Virus record (IMG/VR): IMGVR_UViG_2561511241_000005
Span: 1-57,087 of that record
Origin: a virus
Taxonomy: Duplodnaviria; Heunggongvirae; Uroviricota; Caudoviricetes
DNA: 57,087 nucleotides
Reading direction: 5' to 3' (one strand)
Made by a program: the position numbers and the translations under genes. Below, piece by piece: positions 9,660-17,763 of this stretch (within the stretch, counting starts at the first letter, position 1; the number at the start of each line of letters is the position of its first letter). Below the pieces are notes generated by a model. That model ran no database searches and was not told the origin of the DNA. It saw nothing but the letters and a program-made list of their open reading frames with translations.

Positions 9660-9665
9660 ATATTA

Positions 9666-9690
9666 GCCGCCGGATGGCGGCCTTTCTTTG
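9666..9690 (+). terminator. Rho-independent terminator after repressor gene
   Basis: GCCGCC-ggat-GGCGGC hairpin followed by T-rich run. Confidence 0.5.
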
Positions 9691-9783
9691 CCCGTAAAAT
9701 CACCAAAACGTAAACCAAAAACGGTTTTTATCATTTAAATATCAATGATATAGAAAATATTTTAAAAAAGTATACAAAATGGA

Positions 9784-9812
9784 TTGACTCGGTATATCAC
9801 AGGGCGTATATT
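9784..9812 (+). promoter_or_regulatory. PL-like sigma70 promoter
   Basis: TTGACT - 17 bp - TATATT; recurrent GTATACAAAATGG motif immediately upstream. Confidence 0.45.
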
Positions 9813-10066
9813 GCGAATCAAAGGAAGGAGGCAGGAAACAAAAAGCGCCTTCCTGGCACTTTAAAAATCAGGCTTAACACCTTGTCAACCGTGGAGTAAC
9901 TCCCCCGATGGGGGACCGAAAGCGGCACTGATAACAAGGCGCATGGGGTGTATAAAGCGTCACATCCCCCACGAAACCGCACGCAAGGCGACGAGTCAGC
10001 TTGCTTGGAGTGAGCAGGGTCACACCGGAAACGGCGATGATTGCGGGATTAGTTGAAAGATGTTAA

Positions 10067-10106
10067 GCCATTCTTTAACAATCTGGTCAGCCGCTGGAAG
10101 TGCGGC
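10067..10106 (+). promoter_or_regulatory. nut-like site (boxA-like TCTTTAACAAT plus boxB-like hairpin)
   Basis: TCTTTAACAAT at 10072-10082 matches boxA core; GCCGC-tggaagt-GCGGC hairpin at 10090-10106; located in leader upstream of N-like gene. Confidence 0.4.
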
Positions 10107-10162
10107 AATTAACGAAGATGATTTTTTATTAAGTATCATCAAGGATATAAGGAGATCAGATC

Positions 10163-10453
10163 ATGACAGTTACAATCATGTATGGCAAATGTGACAGTAA
10201 ACTGAATGCCAGGGAACGCAGAAGAATAAAAAGAGAAAACGAAAGAAAATCATCACCTGCAATTAATAAAACAGACAATGTGGATAAAGCTATTCGCTTT
10301 GCAAACGAGGAAAGATGCAAACCAAATAGCATTAAAGAACGTCGCAAAGGATCAGTAAAATGGTATACGGAAAACGAAAGCGGCAACTACTACCACGCAA
10401 CGCAACCACGCCAACTAGGTGAAAAACCCCTGGATAAAGTCCGCTACCATTAA
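10163..10453 (+). CDS. N-like transcription antiterminator (arginine-rich motif)
   Basis: 96 aa; N-proximal NARERRRIKRENERK arginine-rich motif; AAGGAG RBS; position downstream of PL-like promoter and nut-like site. Confidence 0.45.
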   Translation: MTVTIMYGKCDSKLNARERRRIKRENERKSSPAINKTDNVDKAIRFANEERCKPNSIKERRKGSVKWYTENESGNYYHATQPRQLGEKPLDKVRYH

Positions 10454-10483
10454 TACAAAATGTAAACAGCAGGAGGTGACATT

Positions 10484-10603
10484 ATGGTTATCGAGGCGCT
10501 TCAATTCAAACTGGCTGTAGCGGAAATGCTTCACGATGCCGAAATGTGGAGCGCCGCGAATAAAGCCTTATACGTAGTGTTAACAGCGAAGGAGATTAAA
10601 TAG
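10484..10603 (+). CDS. small hypothetical protein (39 aa)
   Basis: Strong AGGAGGTGA RBS; stop overlaps GTG start of erf. Confidence 0.4.
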   Translation: MVIEALQFKLAVAEMLHDAEMWSAANKALYVVLTAKEIK

Positions 10604-11238
10604 TGAAAACAGAGTTACACAAAAAGCTGTGGACGATTCAGCAAACGCTGAACGCGCCGAAAAATCAGCGTAATAATTTTGGCGGGTATAATTACAGGTC
10701 GGCGGAGGATATTCTAGAGGCGGTTAAACCACTGCTTCAAAATATCACGCTGACTGTTAGTGATGAAATCGTCCTGATCGGCAATCGCTATTATGTGAAA
10801 GCAACGGCGACACTAAGCGACGGTGAAGACGAAATATCGGTAACTGCTTACGCCAGGGAAGAAGAAAGCAAGAAGGGAATGGACGCAAGCCAGCTAACTG
10901 GCGCGACATCAAGTTACGCGCGAAAATATGCTTTGAACGGCTTATTCTGCATTGATGACGCAAAAGATCCTGATACTGATGCTTACGCGAAACAGACAAA
11001 TCAACAGCCGCGACAGCAGAAAAACCCGCCAAAACAACAGCAGCAGAAAGCGCCGCCAAATCCTGATGAAGTATTAGCACGTTTCTGTGATGCAGCAGCA
11101 AAAGCGCCTGACGCTAACAAGTTACGCGAGATCTTCGGCAAGTGCTGGAAGCTATTGCCTAAGGATTCAGAACAACAACAGAAAGCGAAAGACGTTTATG
11201 ACATTCGCTTAAAAGAGCTTAACGGGGAGATCAATTAA
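10603..11238 (+). CDS. erf: Erf-family single-strand annealing recombination protein
   Basis: 211 aa; NAPKNQ...GGYNYRSAEDILEAVKPLL...YYVKATATLSDGE...SYARKYALNGLF closely resembles P22 Erf. Confidence 0.85.
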   Translation: MKTELHKKLWTIQQTLNAPKNQRNNFGGYNYRSAEDILEAVKPLLQNITLTVSDEIVLIGNRYYVKATATLSDGEDEISVTAYAREEESKKGMDASQLTGATSSYARKYALNGLFCIDDAKDPDTDAYAKQTNQQPRQQKNPPKQQQQKAPPNPDEVLARFCDAAAKAPDANKLREIFGKCWKLLPKDSEQQQKAKDVYDIRLKELNGEIN

Positions 11239-11654
11239 TGAGTTTAAATTCAATCACGCTGGGCGGGAATATCGGTAATGATATGGAAGTGCGCTACACG
11301 CAAAACGGGAAAGCTATTGGTAGTTTTCCGTTAGCTGTAACGAATGGCTACGGCGATAATAAGCGGGTAATGTGGATCACTTGTCTGGTATTTGGTGAGC
11401 GTGCGGAAAAATTAGCGCCGCATATCCGCAAGGGTGGAAAGATAGTGGTAAGCGGTCGCCTGGATGTTCGGCAGTTTGACCGGAACGATGGCACGAAGGG
11501 GACGGCGGTCGAAGTGGCGGTTAATGAGTTCGAATTCATGAACGTCAACCAACAAGGCCAGCAGCAAGGCCAGCAGCAGAAAGCGCCGCCGCAGCAGCAG
11601 AATAATAACGGGAATAATCCGCCGATGGACTTCGACGACGATATTCCTTTTTAG
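11238..11654 (+). CDS. ssb: Single-stranded DNA-binding protein
   Basis: 138 aa; OB-fold SSB pattern, Gln/Gly-rich linker and acidic C-terminal tail DDDIPF. Confidence 0.9.
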   Translation: MSLNSITLGGNIGNDMEVRYTQNGKAIGSFPLAVTNGYGDNKRVMWITCLVFGERAEKLAPHIRKGGKIVVSGRLDVRQFDRNDGTKGTAVEVAVNEFEFMNVNQQGQQQGQQQKAPPQQQNNNGNNPPMDFDDDIPF

Positions 11655-11670
11655 AATCAATGTGTTAGCG

Positions 11671-11949
11671 ATGAGTGATTATCTAAAACCGCCACCGCCA
11701 CCACGAACAAAAGAGCAAGTATTAAAAGAAGCCCGTGATCAAATCGATCATGGGCTTTTTTTATGCGGCACGGCAGCGGATCGGATGGCGAAAAGATTTA
11801 GTGACCTGTACGCAAAGCAAATATGGTTCGACAACTGGCAGGTAAGTTTTTACCCACTGCAAAGAAAACCGGATATGCATTGGCCTGAATATGTCGATCC
11901 ACGTATGCGCAAATATCGCGGTCGTATGGGCCAGGTTATTAACGATTAA
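11671..11949 (+). CDS. hypothetical protein
   Basis: ORF with in-frame ATG; start uncertain. Confidence 0.45.
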   Translation: MSDYLKPPPPPRTKEQVLKEARDQIDHGLFLCGTAADRMAKRFSDLYAKQIWFDNWQVSFYPLQRKPDMHWPEYVDPRMRKYRGRMGQVIND

Positions 11950-11963
11950 TGAGGTATTAAATC

Positions 11964-12188
11964 ATGGTCGAAGATAAAGAAGTCGATAAAGAAATGCCGG
12001 ACGGTGCTGATGATCTTATTACTTTTAGCGGTGGTTTGTATGAATTCGAAACGTCTGCGGGTTGGCATGATCACTGGCACTTTCCAACGCGCAAGGAATT
12101 AAGCGAACGTAAATCATTTGGCGAGGATGCCGAACGACTGGCGAATAACAAATGGCTTGATAAATTCATTGCGGAGGGCGGGAAATGA
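11964..12188 (+). CDS. hypothetical protein
   Basis: 74 aa, GAGG RBS. Confidence 0.5.
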   Translation: MVEDKEVDKEMPDGADDLITFSGGLYEFETSAGWHDHWHFPTRKELSERKSFGEDAERLANNKWLDKFIAEGGK

Positions 12189-12298
12189 ATCTTGCAAAAA
12201 TTGCCGCATTGCTTGCGGCGGTAGCGGTGGCGGTGCTGTATCTCAGCGTATCGCTTTATATTACGGTGGCGATCATAAAACTGATTACTAATATGTGA
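12185..12298 (+). CDS. micro-ORF, 37-aa hydrophobic peptide
   Basis: MNLAKIAALLAAVAVAVLYLSVSLYITVAIIKLITNM; ATGA overlap with upstream stop. Confidence 0.35.
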   Translation: MNLAKIAALLAAVAVAVLYLSVSLYITVAIIKLITNM

Positions 12299-12306
12299 GG
12301 CTAATT

Positions 12307-12429
12307 ATGAAAGTCAGTAAGGATATTGCAACGGTCGCGTTTTGCGTTATTTGCTTCCTGTTTACGGTTGTCTTTTGTGGCGCACTGGCTGCGGTGATTG
12401 GCCTTATTGGTAAAGGGGGGATGTTATGA
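12307..12429 (+). CDS. micro-ORF, 40-aa hydrophobic peptide
   Basis: MKVSKDIATVAFCVICFLFTVVFCGALAAVIGLIGKGGML; GAGG RBS; stop overlaps next start. Confidence 0.35.
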   Translation: MKVSKDIATVAFCVICFLFTVVFCGALAAVIGLIGKGGML

Positions 12430-12698
12430 CTCCGTGGAATGCAAAAGCTGGTGATCTCGTTGTTTTGCCCGCATATCGTAGTGACCCTGGGCTGGTCGTG
12501 CTGAATAAAGCATGTATAGAAATTGAGCGCCCGATCCTTGTTAAATACCTGGACGGAACAATTATAGAGCCGATCTTCTTTGACAAGATTGAACTGAAGG
12601 CCCGCAATGTTCGCGTTAAGCCGTTCCGGGCTTATGTTGAAGACCACTGGCGGAAATTGTTCGCCGGATTGAATGGGATGTTCGGCGTATGGCTATAA
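12426..12698 (+). CDS. hypothetical protein
   Basis: 90 aa ORF, translationally coupled. Confidence 0.5.
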   Translation: MTPWNAKAGDLVVLPAYRSDPGLVVLNKACIEIERPILVKYLDGTIIEPIFFDKIELKARNVRVKPFRAYVEDHWRKLFAGLNGMFGVWL

Positions 12699-12880
12699 AA
12701 TTAGTGAAGGTTAAACACCTGAAAGGCGGCGAAAAACTCCGCGCGTGGTTCGGATATGAATTTATTGCTACTGCCTTTTATTTTGGGCCAGGGGGCCAGG
12801 TGACAATTTTTGATGAAGAATACGACGAGGTTGGACAATGGCATCTTGAGCAATATGTCGAGGTGTTAAATGAAAATTAA
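12689..12880 (+). CDS. hypothetical protein
   Basis: 63 aa ORF. Confidence 0.45.
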   Translation: MAIKLVKVKHLKGGEKLRAWFGYEFIATAFYFGPGGQVTIFDEEYDEVGQWHLEQYVEVLNEN

Positions 12881-13202
12881 ATTCCATAAAGCATATGATA
12901 GCGCGACAAATAAGCTATCACTATTTATCGAATTCGAACGCCGGATCGTTGTTGTACCTTATTCGCGGCGCTTCAATGACGCTGGCGGGCGGCGACAATT
13001 CGCGATCGATATGCTGTTACGCGGCTGCGGCCTTATGCGCCCGCTATCTGATTTGAAACGAATGATGCCTGGATCGTTCGGTCAGATTGATGAAATAGAA
13101 ATAAGCCAGGAAGAACTGAAACGGGAGCGTGATTTATTCCTTTCAAGCGAAGGAAACCCGTTTAATTCAGAAACAGAAATGAAATGGCATCACCAACTAT
13201 AA
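12870..13202 (+). CDS. hypothetical protein
   Basis: 110 aa ORF. Confidence 0.5.
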   Translation: MKIKFHKAYDSATNKLSLFIEFERRIVVVPYSRRFNDAGGRRQFAIDMLLRGCGLMRPLSDLKRMMPGSFGQIDEIEISQEELKRERDLFLSSEGNPFNSETEMKWHHQL

Positions 13203-13215
13203 AAGGATAAATATC

Positions 13216-13836
13216 ATGAACGACATCAAAACAGCTTATTCACTCGGCAGCGATGGCATGTTAATCACTCGCTACACAGAAGACGCAAGTTTTCATGAAG
13301 TGGAAACTAAGGACTATCACGAAGTATTAAAAGATATGGAAGCTGGAGCGTATGACGCTGATTTGAATCTGGCGTTACAGATTGTTGATATTATGATGGA
13401 CGCATCGATCCGCGATTATGTGTCTTTAAACGCTGAAGAAAAAACGGCTGTAGCTCGTTATGTCTTCTGCCTCACTTTCGTGAAACGAATGGAAGAGGAC
13501 TATGGTCGCGTACCAGTGCCGGAAGAAATGGACCCGCTGGCGTTCGGAAGTGCTGTTATCTTCCCGTTAGATGAAAATCATATGGGTAGCGTTGCTCTGT
13601 ATTCTATGCGCGGCTTAATGAAAAGTATCTTTGAGGCTAAAGCACTACAGAAGTGCATTGATGAAGGGCACAACGAGGAAGACGTAAGGGCGATCATGCC
13701 GTTGTTTTATGGCGAAATGGTTGGTAATAACATGCGTGCAAGTGATTTAGGTGTGCAGGCGGCTATCGCTGTGCTTAATGATGCACGGAAAAACGCACAG
13801 ACGATGCCTGAACAGGGAAAACGTGTACTGCATTAA
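13216..13836 (+). CDS. hypothetical protein
   Basis: 206 aa ORF. Confidence 0.6.
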   Translation: MNDIKTAYSLGSDGMLITRYTEDASFHEVETKDYHEVLKDMEAGAYDADLNLALQIVDIMMDASIRDYVSLNAEEKTAVARYVFCLTFVKRMEEDYGRVPVPEEMDPLAFGSAVIFPLDENHMGSVALYSMRGLMKSIFEAKALQKCIDEGHNEEDVRAIMPLFYGEMVGNNMRASDLGVQAAIAVLNDARKNAQTMPEQGKRVLH

Positions 13837-13935
13837 CCGAGTGATTCCGATCACATAAATATACATTTTGTATTGTGATCGCATATCCGTTTTGTAAGCC
13901 AAAATCAAAAGGTTTACGGTGCGGAGGAAGCAAAA

Positions 13936-14154
13936 ATGGAACGCGAATTCATGCTTTATTGCGTAGAAGGTGGCGTAGGTCATGATGCCTACGTCGCCGG
14001 GAAAAGCTATCCAGCCGATGAAGTGCTTTCTAATATGCACTTCAGGGAAAATGAAAGCCAGGTGTCTGTGTGGAAGCGATGCGTTGATGGAATTGAGATC
14101 GTTAGCCTTGAAAGATATTTAGGTAAATTCGACTACGGATTAATGGAGGCTTAA
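13936..14154 (+). CDS. hypothetical protein
   Basis: 72 aa ORF with RBS. Confidence 0.5.
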   Translation: MEREFMLYCVEGGVGHDAYVAGKSYPADEVLSNMHFRENESQVSVWKRCVDGIEIVSLERYLGKFDYGLMEA

Positions 14155-14156
14155 CA

Positions 14157-14249
14157 ATGGACGACACATTGCTATTTATGTGCATTTGTTGGGGGTTTAT
14201 TGCTTTATGTTTATTTGTTAGATGGTTTATTGAATACCATATGAGGTGA
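14157..14249 (+). CDS. micro-ORF, 30-aa hydrophobic peptide
   Basis: MDDTLLFMCICWGFIALCLFVRWFIEYHMR; GGAGG RBS. Confidence 0.35.
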   Translation: MDDTLLFMCICWGFIALCLFVRWFIEYHMR

Positions 14250-14252
14250 TAT

Positions 14253-14444
14253 ATGAAAAAGGTTGGCGAATACATGATACCGGATAACGCTAAATTAGCC
14301 GGGATCGGTCAATTTGGCTGTTATTACTATAACAGTGTCGGTGATATTTATCAGGTTAGTCTTATTGGTGGTGTGCAGCATTTTCGTCTGATGCACTTTG
14401 AATTAAGCGCACTTAAAAAGGCGGTGTTAATGTATGAAGTTTAA
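14253..14444 (+). CDS. hypothetical protein
   Basis: 63 aa ORF. Confidence 0.45.
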   Translation: MKKVGEYMIPDNAKLAGIGQFGCYYYNSVGDIYQVSLIGGVQHFRLMHFELSALKKAVLMYEV

Positions 14445-14637
14445 ACACTATAAAGAATGGAAAATTCCAGAATCAGCAACAAAGGCAGCGCCAGGAAATT
14501 TTTCTGGCGTTTATTTTTATATGGATGGCAAATGGTATTTCGGCAGCAGGCCAGATCACTATTATCAGGAAATATGCAAGCCTCACGTTTGGGATATTAA
14601 AGAGCGTGTAAAAGACGGGGTGATTGAGGACGTTTAA
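14434..14637 (+). CDS. hypothetical protein
   Basis: 67 aa ORF. Confidence 0.45.
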   Translation: MKFKHYKEWKIPESATKAAPGNFSGVYFYMDGKWYFGSRPDHYYQEICKPHVWDIKERVKDGVIEDV

Positions 14638-14638
14638 A

Positions 14639-14875
14639 ATGGTTAAGAGCTTTTTAAACTGGTTGGGAGCGTGGCTTTTAGCTACGCTTTTTGTTTTCCT
14701 GGCGTTCATGGCTGTTATCGTTGTTATTATGCTGGGGGCAATGTTTATTACGTGGTCACTGCCTGAATTTAACGAAATAGGCGAGATCCTTGCCGCAGGG
14801 CGCGCTTTATTAACGGTTAGTGCATTTATCGGGTTTTGCTGGACTGCCGCGCCAGATTGGGATGATCCTTTTTAA
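14639..14875 (+). CDS. small membrane protein (two predicted TM helices)
   Basis: ATG 14639 with GAGGA RBS; hydrophobic segments. Confidence 0.45.
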   Translation: MVKSFLNWLGAWLLATLFVFLAFMAVIVVIMLGAMFITWSLPEFNEIGEILAAGRALLTVSAFIGFCWTAAPDWDDPF

Positions 14876-14877
14876 TT

Positions 14878-15111
14878 ATGGCTTTATTCAACCTGTCAGA
14901 GCCGCAATTCAACGCCGTAAAAACTGCCGCACGCGCGGCGCTTTCTGCCTGCAAAGCGGAGGTAGAAAAGAACGGATACAGCGATAAAGCCACGCGGCTG
15001 ATACTCGACAAGCATTATCGCAAGGTCGCCCCGCTAATTAGCATTGAGCGTTTTGTGTGGTTGGTGGGGTATCTAAATAACCGCTGGGGGACTGATCAGG
15101 ATTATTTCTAA
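14878..15111 (+). CDS. hypothetical protein
   Basis: 77 aa ORF. Confidence 0.45.
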   Translation: MALFNLSEPQFNAVKTAARAALSACKAEVEKNGYSDKATRLILDKHYRKVAPLISIERFVWLVGYLNNRWGTDQDYF

Positions 15112-15120
15112 GGGGGCGTA

Positions 15121-15660
15121 ATGAAAAATGATTACGGCGGAAGCCATACGCCAAAAGAAATAAAGGACTTATGGCAAACGCCAAAACCAGTTTTTAGAGG
15201 AATGGATCGTGAATTCGAATTCGTCGCGGATGTGGCGGCAAACAAGGCAAACGCATTAGTTCCGCGATATATAACCGAAGAGATGGACACACTCCATTAT
15301 CCGTGGGGAGCGGTGGCAATGCCTGGTGAGTATGTCTGGCTTAATCCACCATATTCTAATCCGGGGCCATTCGTAGATAAGGCAGCGATGGAACATCACC
15401 GAAATCATATTGGCTGTGTAATGTTGTTGCCAGCCGACATCTCTGTTAACTGGTTTATGAACGGCGTGGAGACGGCAAACGAATGCCGATTAATCACGCG
15501 CGGGCGTCTGGCGTTTATCAATGCTGCGACAGGGAAACCAGCAAGCGGAAACAATAAAGGGAGCTTGTTCTTGATCTGGCATCCACGGTGCAGACATGAA
15601 TGTATTTTCACGCAGATAACACGTAAAGAGCTATATGCAAGAGGTGCAGAAAATGACTAG
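15121..15660 (+). CDS. Phage-type DNA N6-adenine methyltransferase
   Basis: 179 aa; NPPYS catalytic motif and overall resemblance to small phage Dam-family methylases. Confidence 0.8.
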   Translation: MKNDYGGSHTPKEIKDLWQTPKPVFRGMDREFEFVADVAANKANALVPRYITEEMDTLHYPWGAVAMPGEYVWLNPPYSNPGPFVDKAAMEHHRNHIGCVMLLPADISVNWFMNGVETANECRLITRGRLAFINAATGKPASGNNKGSLFLIWHPRCRHECIFTQITRKELYARGAEND

Positions 15661-16144
15661 TGCGGCTGATTTATTACGAATTGCAGCGGAAACAATCGAG
15701 CAAAGAGGTAAACAAAACGGCTACGACAGAAAAGAGGAAAAATCAGCGCCAAAAATAGCCACTATATACAACGCTAAGAAGGGGGCAAATTTAACCCCAC
15801 TTGATGTATGGGATCTATTGATTTGTCTCAAGGAGGCGCGATTAGAAGCCATTTTGAGCAATAACAGCGATCCGACAGACACGTTAATTGATTTGATTAG
15901 CTATAACGCGCTAAAAGCGGAGCAAATATTAACGGAGCGGGAGGAAGAACAAAGAAAGAAACAGGCTGTTTTTGATATGCCGTTAAATTGCGGCTGTAAG
16001 AAAACGTCAATCCCAGGCGACTTGATCGCCAGTGGTGAAGTAACAATGAATGGCAGCTTCCAACTTGATAACGGCTGGCGGTTTAATAAAGAGGCTTTAT
16101 TGTATACACCTAAGGATCATAAAGATGAAAAGGGTGATGATTGA
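15653..16144 (+). CDS. hypothetical protein
   Basis: ATG 15653 with GAGGTG RBS; about 163 aa. Confidence 0.5.
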   Translation: MTSAADLLRIAAETIEQRGKQNGYDRKEEKSAPKIATIYNAKKGANLTPLDVWDLLICLKEARLEAILSNNSDPTDTLIDLISYNALKAEQILTEREEEQRKKQAVFDMPLNCGCKKTSIPGDLIASGEVTMNGSFQLDNGWRFNKEALLYTPKDHKDEKGDD

Positions 16145-16628
16145 CAGGTTACTGGCCTGCGTTTATGTCGCCGTTTTCGTGATCATAAATCTTATTGTTA
16201 ACCATTGCGGCCCGTGGGTAATTCCGATCACCACGGTAGCCGCCGTGTGTGTCAATATGATGATCCGTGACTTCCTGTTATATGACGGCGGCCTGAAATG
16301 GTCGGCTACAACATGCGCCGCCGCTGGCGCAATCACTGTGCTGATAAATTACGACGCCGGAATGGTGGCGATCGCGTCATTTGTCGCGGTTGTTTCCGGT
16401 GCGCTTATTTCTGGTGGCGTTTACCGGGTTTTACCTGGTGATTTCGATTCAAAACGATGGCCTGCAAATATAGCGTCCGCCATTGGTGATGCGTTAATTT
16501 TCCCGACGCTATCGTTTATGGCGTTTATGCCGGAAATATCAGCGATGCAATTCATCTCAAAAATGGCAGCGGTAACGGTGATCACCATCATCATGCGCCG
16601 CTATTTCACGTTTGAGGGCAGAAAATGA
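16125..16628 (+). CDS. integral membrane protein (about five TM helices)
   Basis: ATG 16125 with AAGGA RBS; highly hydrophobic 167 aa; stop overlaps next start. Confidence 0.55.
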   Translation: MKRVMIDRLLACVYVAVFVIINLIVNHCGPWVIPITTVAAVCVNMMIRDFLLYDGGLKWSATTCAAAGAITVLINYDAGMVAIASFVAVVSGALISGGVYRVLPGDFDSKRWPANIASAIGDALIFPTLSFMAFMPEISAMQFISKMAAVTVITIIMRRYFTFEGRK

Positions 16629-17413
16629 GCAGGGCTAAACATTGGTTAAATAATTGGCTTAGAAATTGGGTGGTATGGTCGCTGTACGACGGCAGCGGGT
16701 ACGCCGTTAAAGATTGGGCGGACGCTGGTTATAAATGTTATTGCTTCAACTATGACGGCGCTAATCACGGTGATTATGACGGTGTAAAAATAATTCATCC
16801 AAATATTGAATATGTTAACGTCTGGATTGATAGCCATTTTCTGGTAATGTTCTCCCCTGAATTGTCTGTATATCCAGATCCTGACATTATCCTGGCTTTT
16901 CCTCCGTGCGATGATCTCGCCGTGTCCGGCGCTCGCTGGTTCGCTGATAAGCGGAAGAAAGACCCTTACTTTCAGCAGAAGGCAGCGTATAACGCAAAGT
17001 TAGTAGAAACGCTGGCGAGTATGTATAACGTGCCGTGGATGGTGGAAAATCCTGTAGGCGCACTGTCAACGTTATGGCGTAAACCGGATTTTATCTTCAA
17101 TCCGTGCGCTTACGGTGGCTACCTGCCGGAAGATGATAAGCATCCCGCTTTCCCGGAATACATTGCCGACCGCGACGCCTACACGAAGAAAACTTGTATT
17201 TGGTGCGGGAATGGATTTAAGCAGCCGCTATTCCGTCCTGTGCCGATGCCAGATGAATGGGAAGACAGTAAGCAGCACGCGAAGTTAGGCGGAAAATCAA
17301 AGCGAACAAAGATGATCCGCTCACTAACGCCGCGTGGCTTCGCCCGTGCTGTATTCCTGGCTAACGACCGGGCCATCAATCGTACTACGCTCAACCGCGT
17401 TTTGCCGGACTGA
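16625..17413 (+). CDS. Putative SAM-dependent DNA methyltransferase, C5-cytosine-like motifs
   Basis: 262 aa; DGSGY (motif I-like), FPPCDDLAVSG (PC motif IV-like), MVENPVG (ENV motif VI-like). Confidence 0.5.
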   Translation: MSRAKHWLNNWLRNWVVWSLYDGSGYAVKDWADAGYKCYCFNYDGANHGDYDGVKIIHPNIEYVNVWIDSHFLVMFSPELSVYPDPDIILAFPPCDDLAVSGARWFADKRKKDPYFQQKAAYNAKLVETLASMYNVPWMVENPVGALSTLWRKPDFIFNPCAYGGYLPEDDKHPAFPEYIADRDAYTKKTCIWCGNGFKQPLFRPVPMPDEWEDSKQHAKLGGKSKRTKMIRSLTPRGFARAVFLANDRAINRTTLNRVLPD

Positions 17414-17435
17414 AGTTTACAAAATGGCGTCATTG

Positions 17436-17451
17436 TGTGATGAATGTCACA
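17436..17451. promoter_or_regulatory. Perfect TGTGA-N6-TCACA palindrome (CRP-consensus-like site)
   Basis: tgtgatgaatgtcaca in intergenic region between methylase-like gene and NinF-like ORF. Confidence 0.3.
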
Positions 17452-17572
17452 TAATGGCGCTTTACACCTTGTTAGCACGTATCCATTTTGTATACTTCAA
17501 GCAAACAAAATGCTCTTTAAAAATCCGGCAGCGCTGAAATGCGTAGAAATCACCTGAAAAGGAGAGAGCATT

Positions 17573-17749
17573 ATGCCTTTTGATAATTACCAATGGCATG
17601 ACGACTATGAACGAGAAAGCGTTATGCGTGCAATGTGCAATGTATGCAGCACGAAGAAAGGAGGCTGTAACGAGTGCAACGAATGCTTAGAACATTGGCT
17701 AAGGGCCGGACACGCCGAAAGGCTGAACGAAACAGAGAATCAAAAATAA
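17573..17749 (+). CDS. NinF-like small zinc-ribbon protein (58 aa)
   Basis: AGGAG RBS; CNVC...CNECNEC cysteine cluster; not in ORF track (<60 aa). Confidence 0.4.
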   Translation: MPFDNYQWHDDYERESVMRAMCNVCSTKKGGCNECNECLEHWLRAGHAERLNETENQK

Positions 17750-17763
17750 TCGGGGTGGTTTTT

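Noticed and set aside
9893-9985. Possible tRNA or retron-like ncRNA in the PL leader
   Set aside because: Hairpins do not form a cloverleaf, there is no T-loop GTTC motif and no reverse transcriptase nearby; more consistent with leader RNA structure.
10757-11101. 114-aa minus-strand ORF antisense to erf
   Set aside because: Overlaps the strongly supported erf gene on the opposite strand; no RBS.
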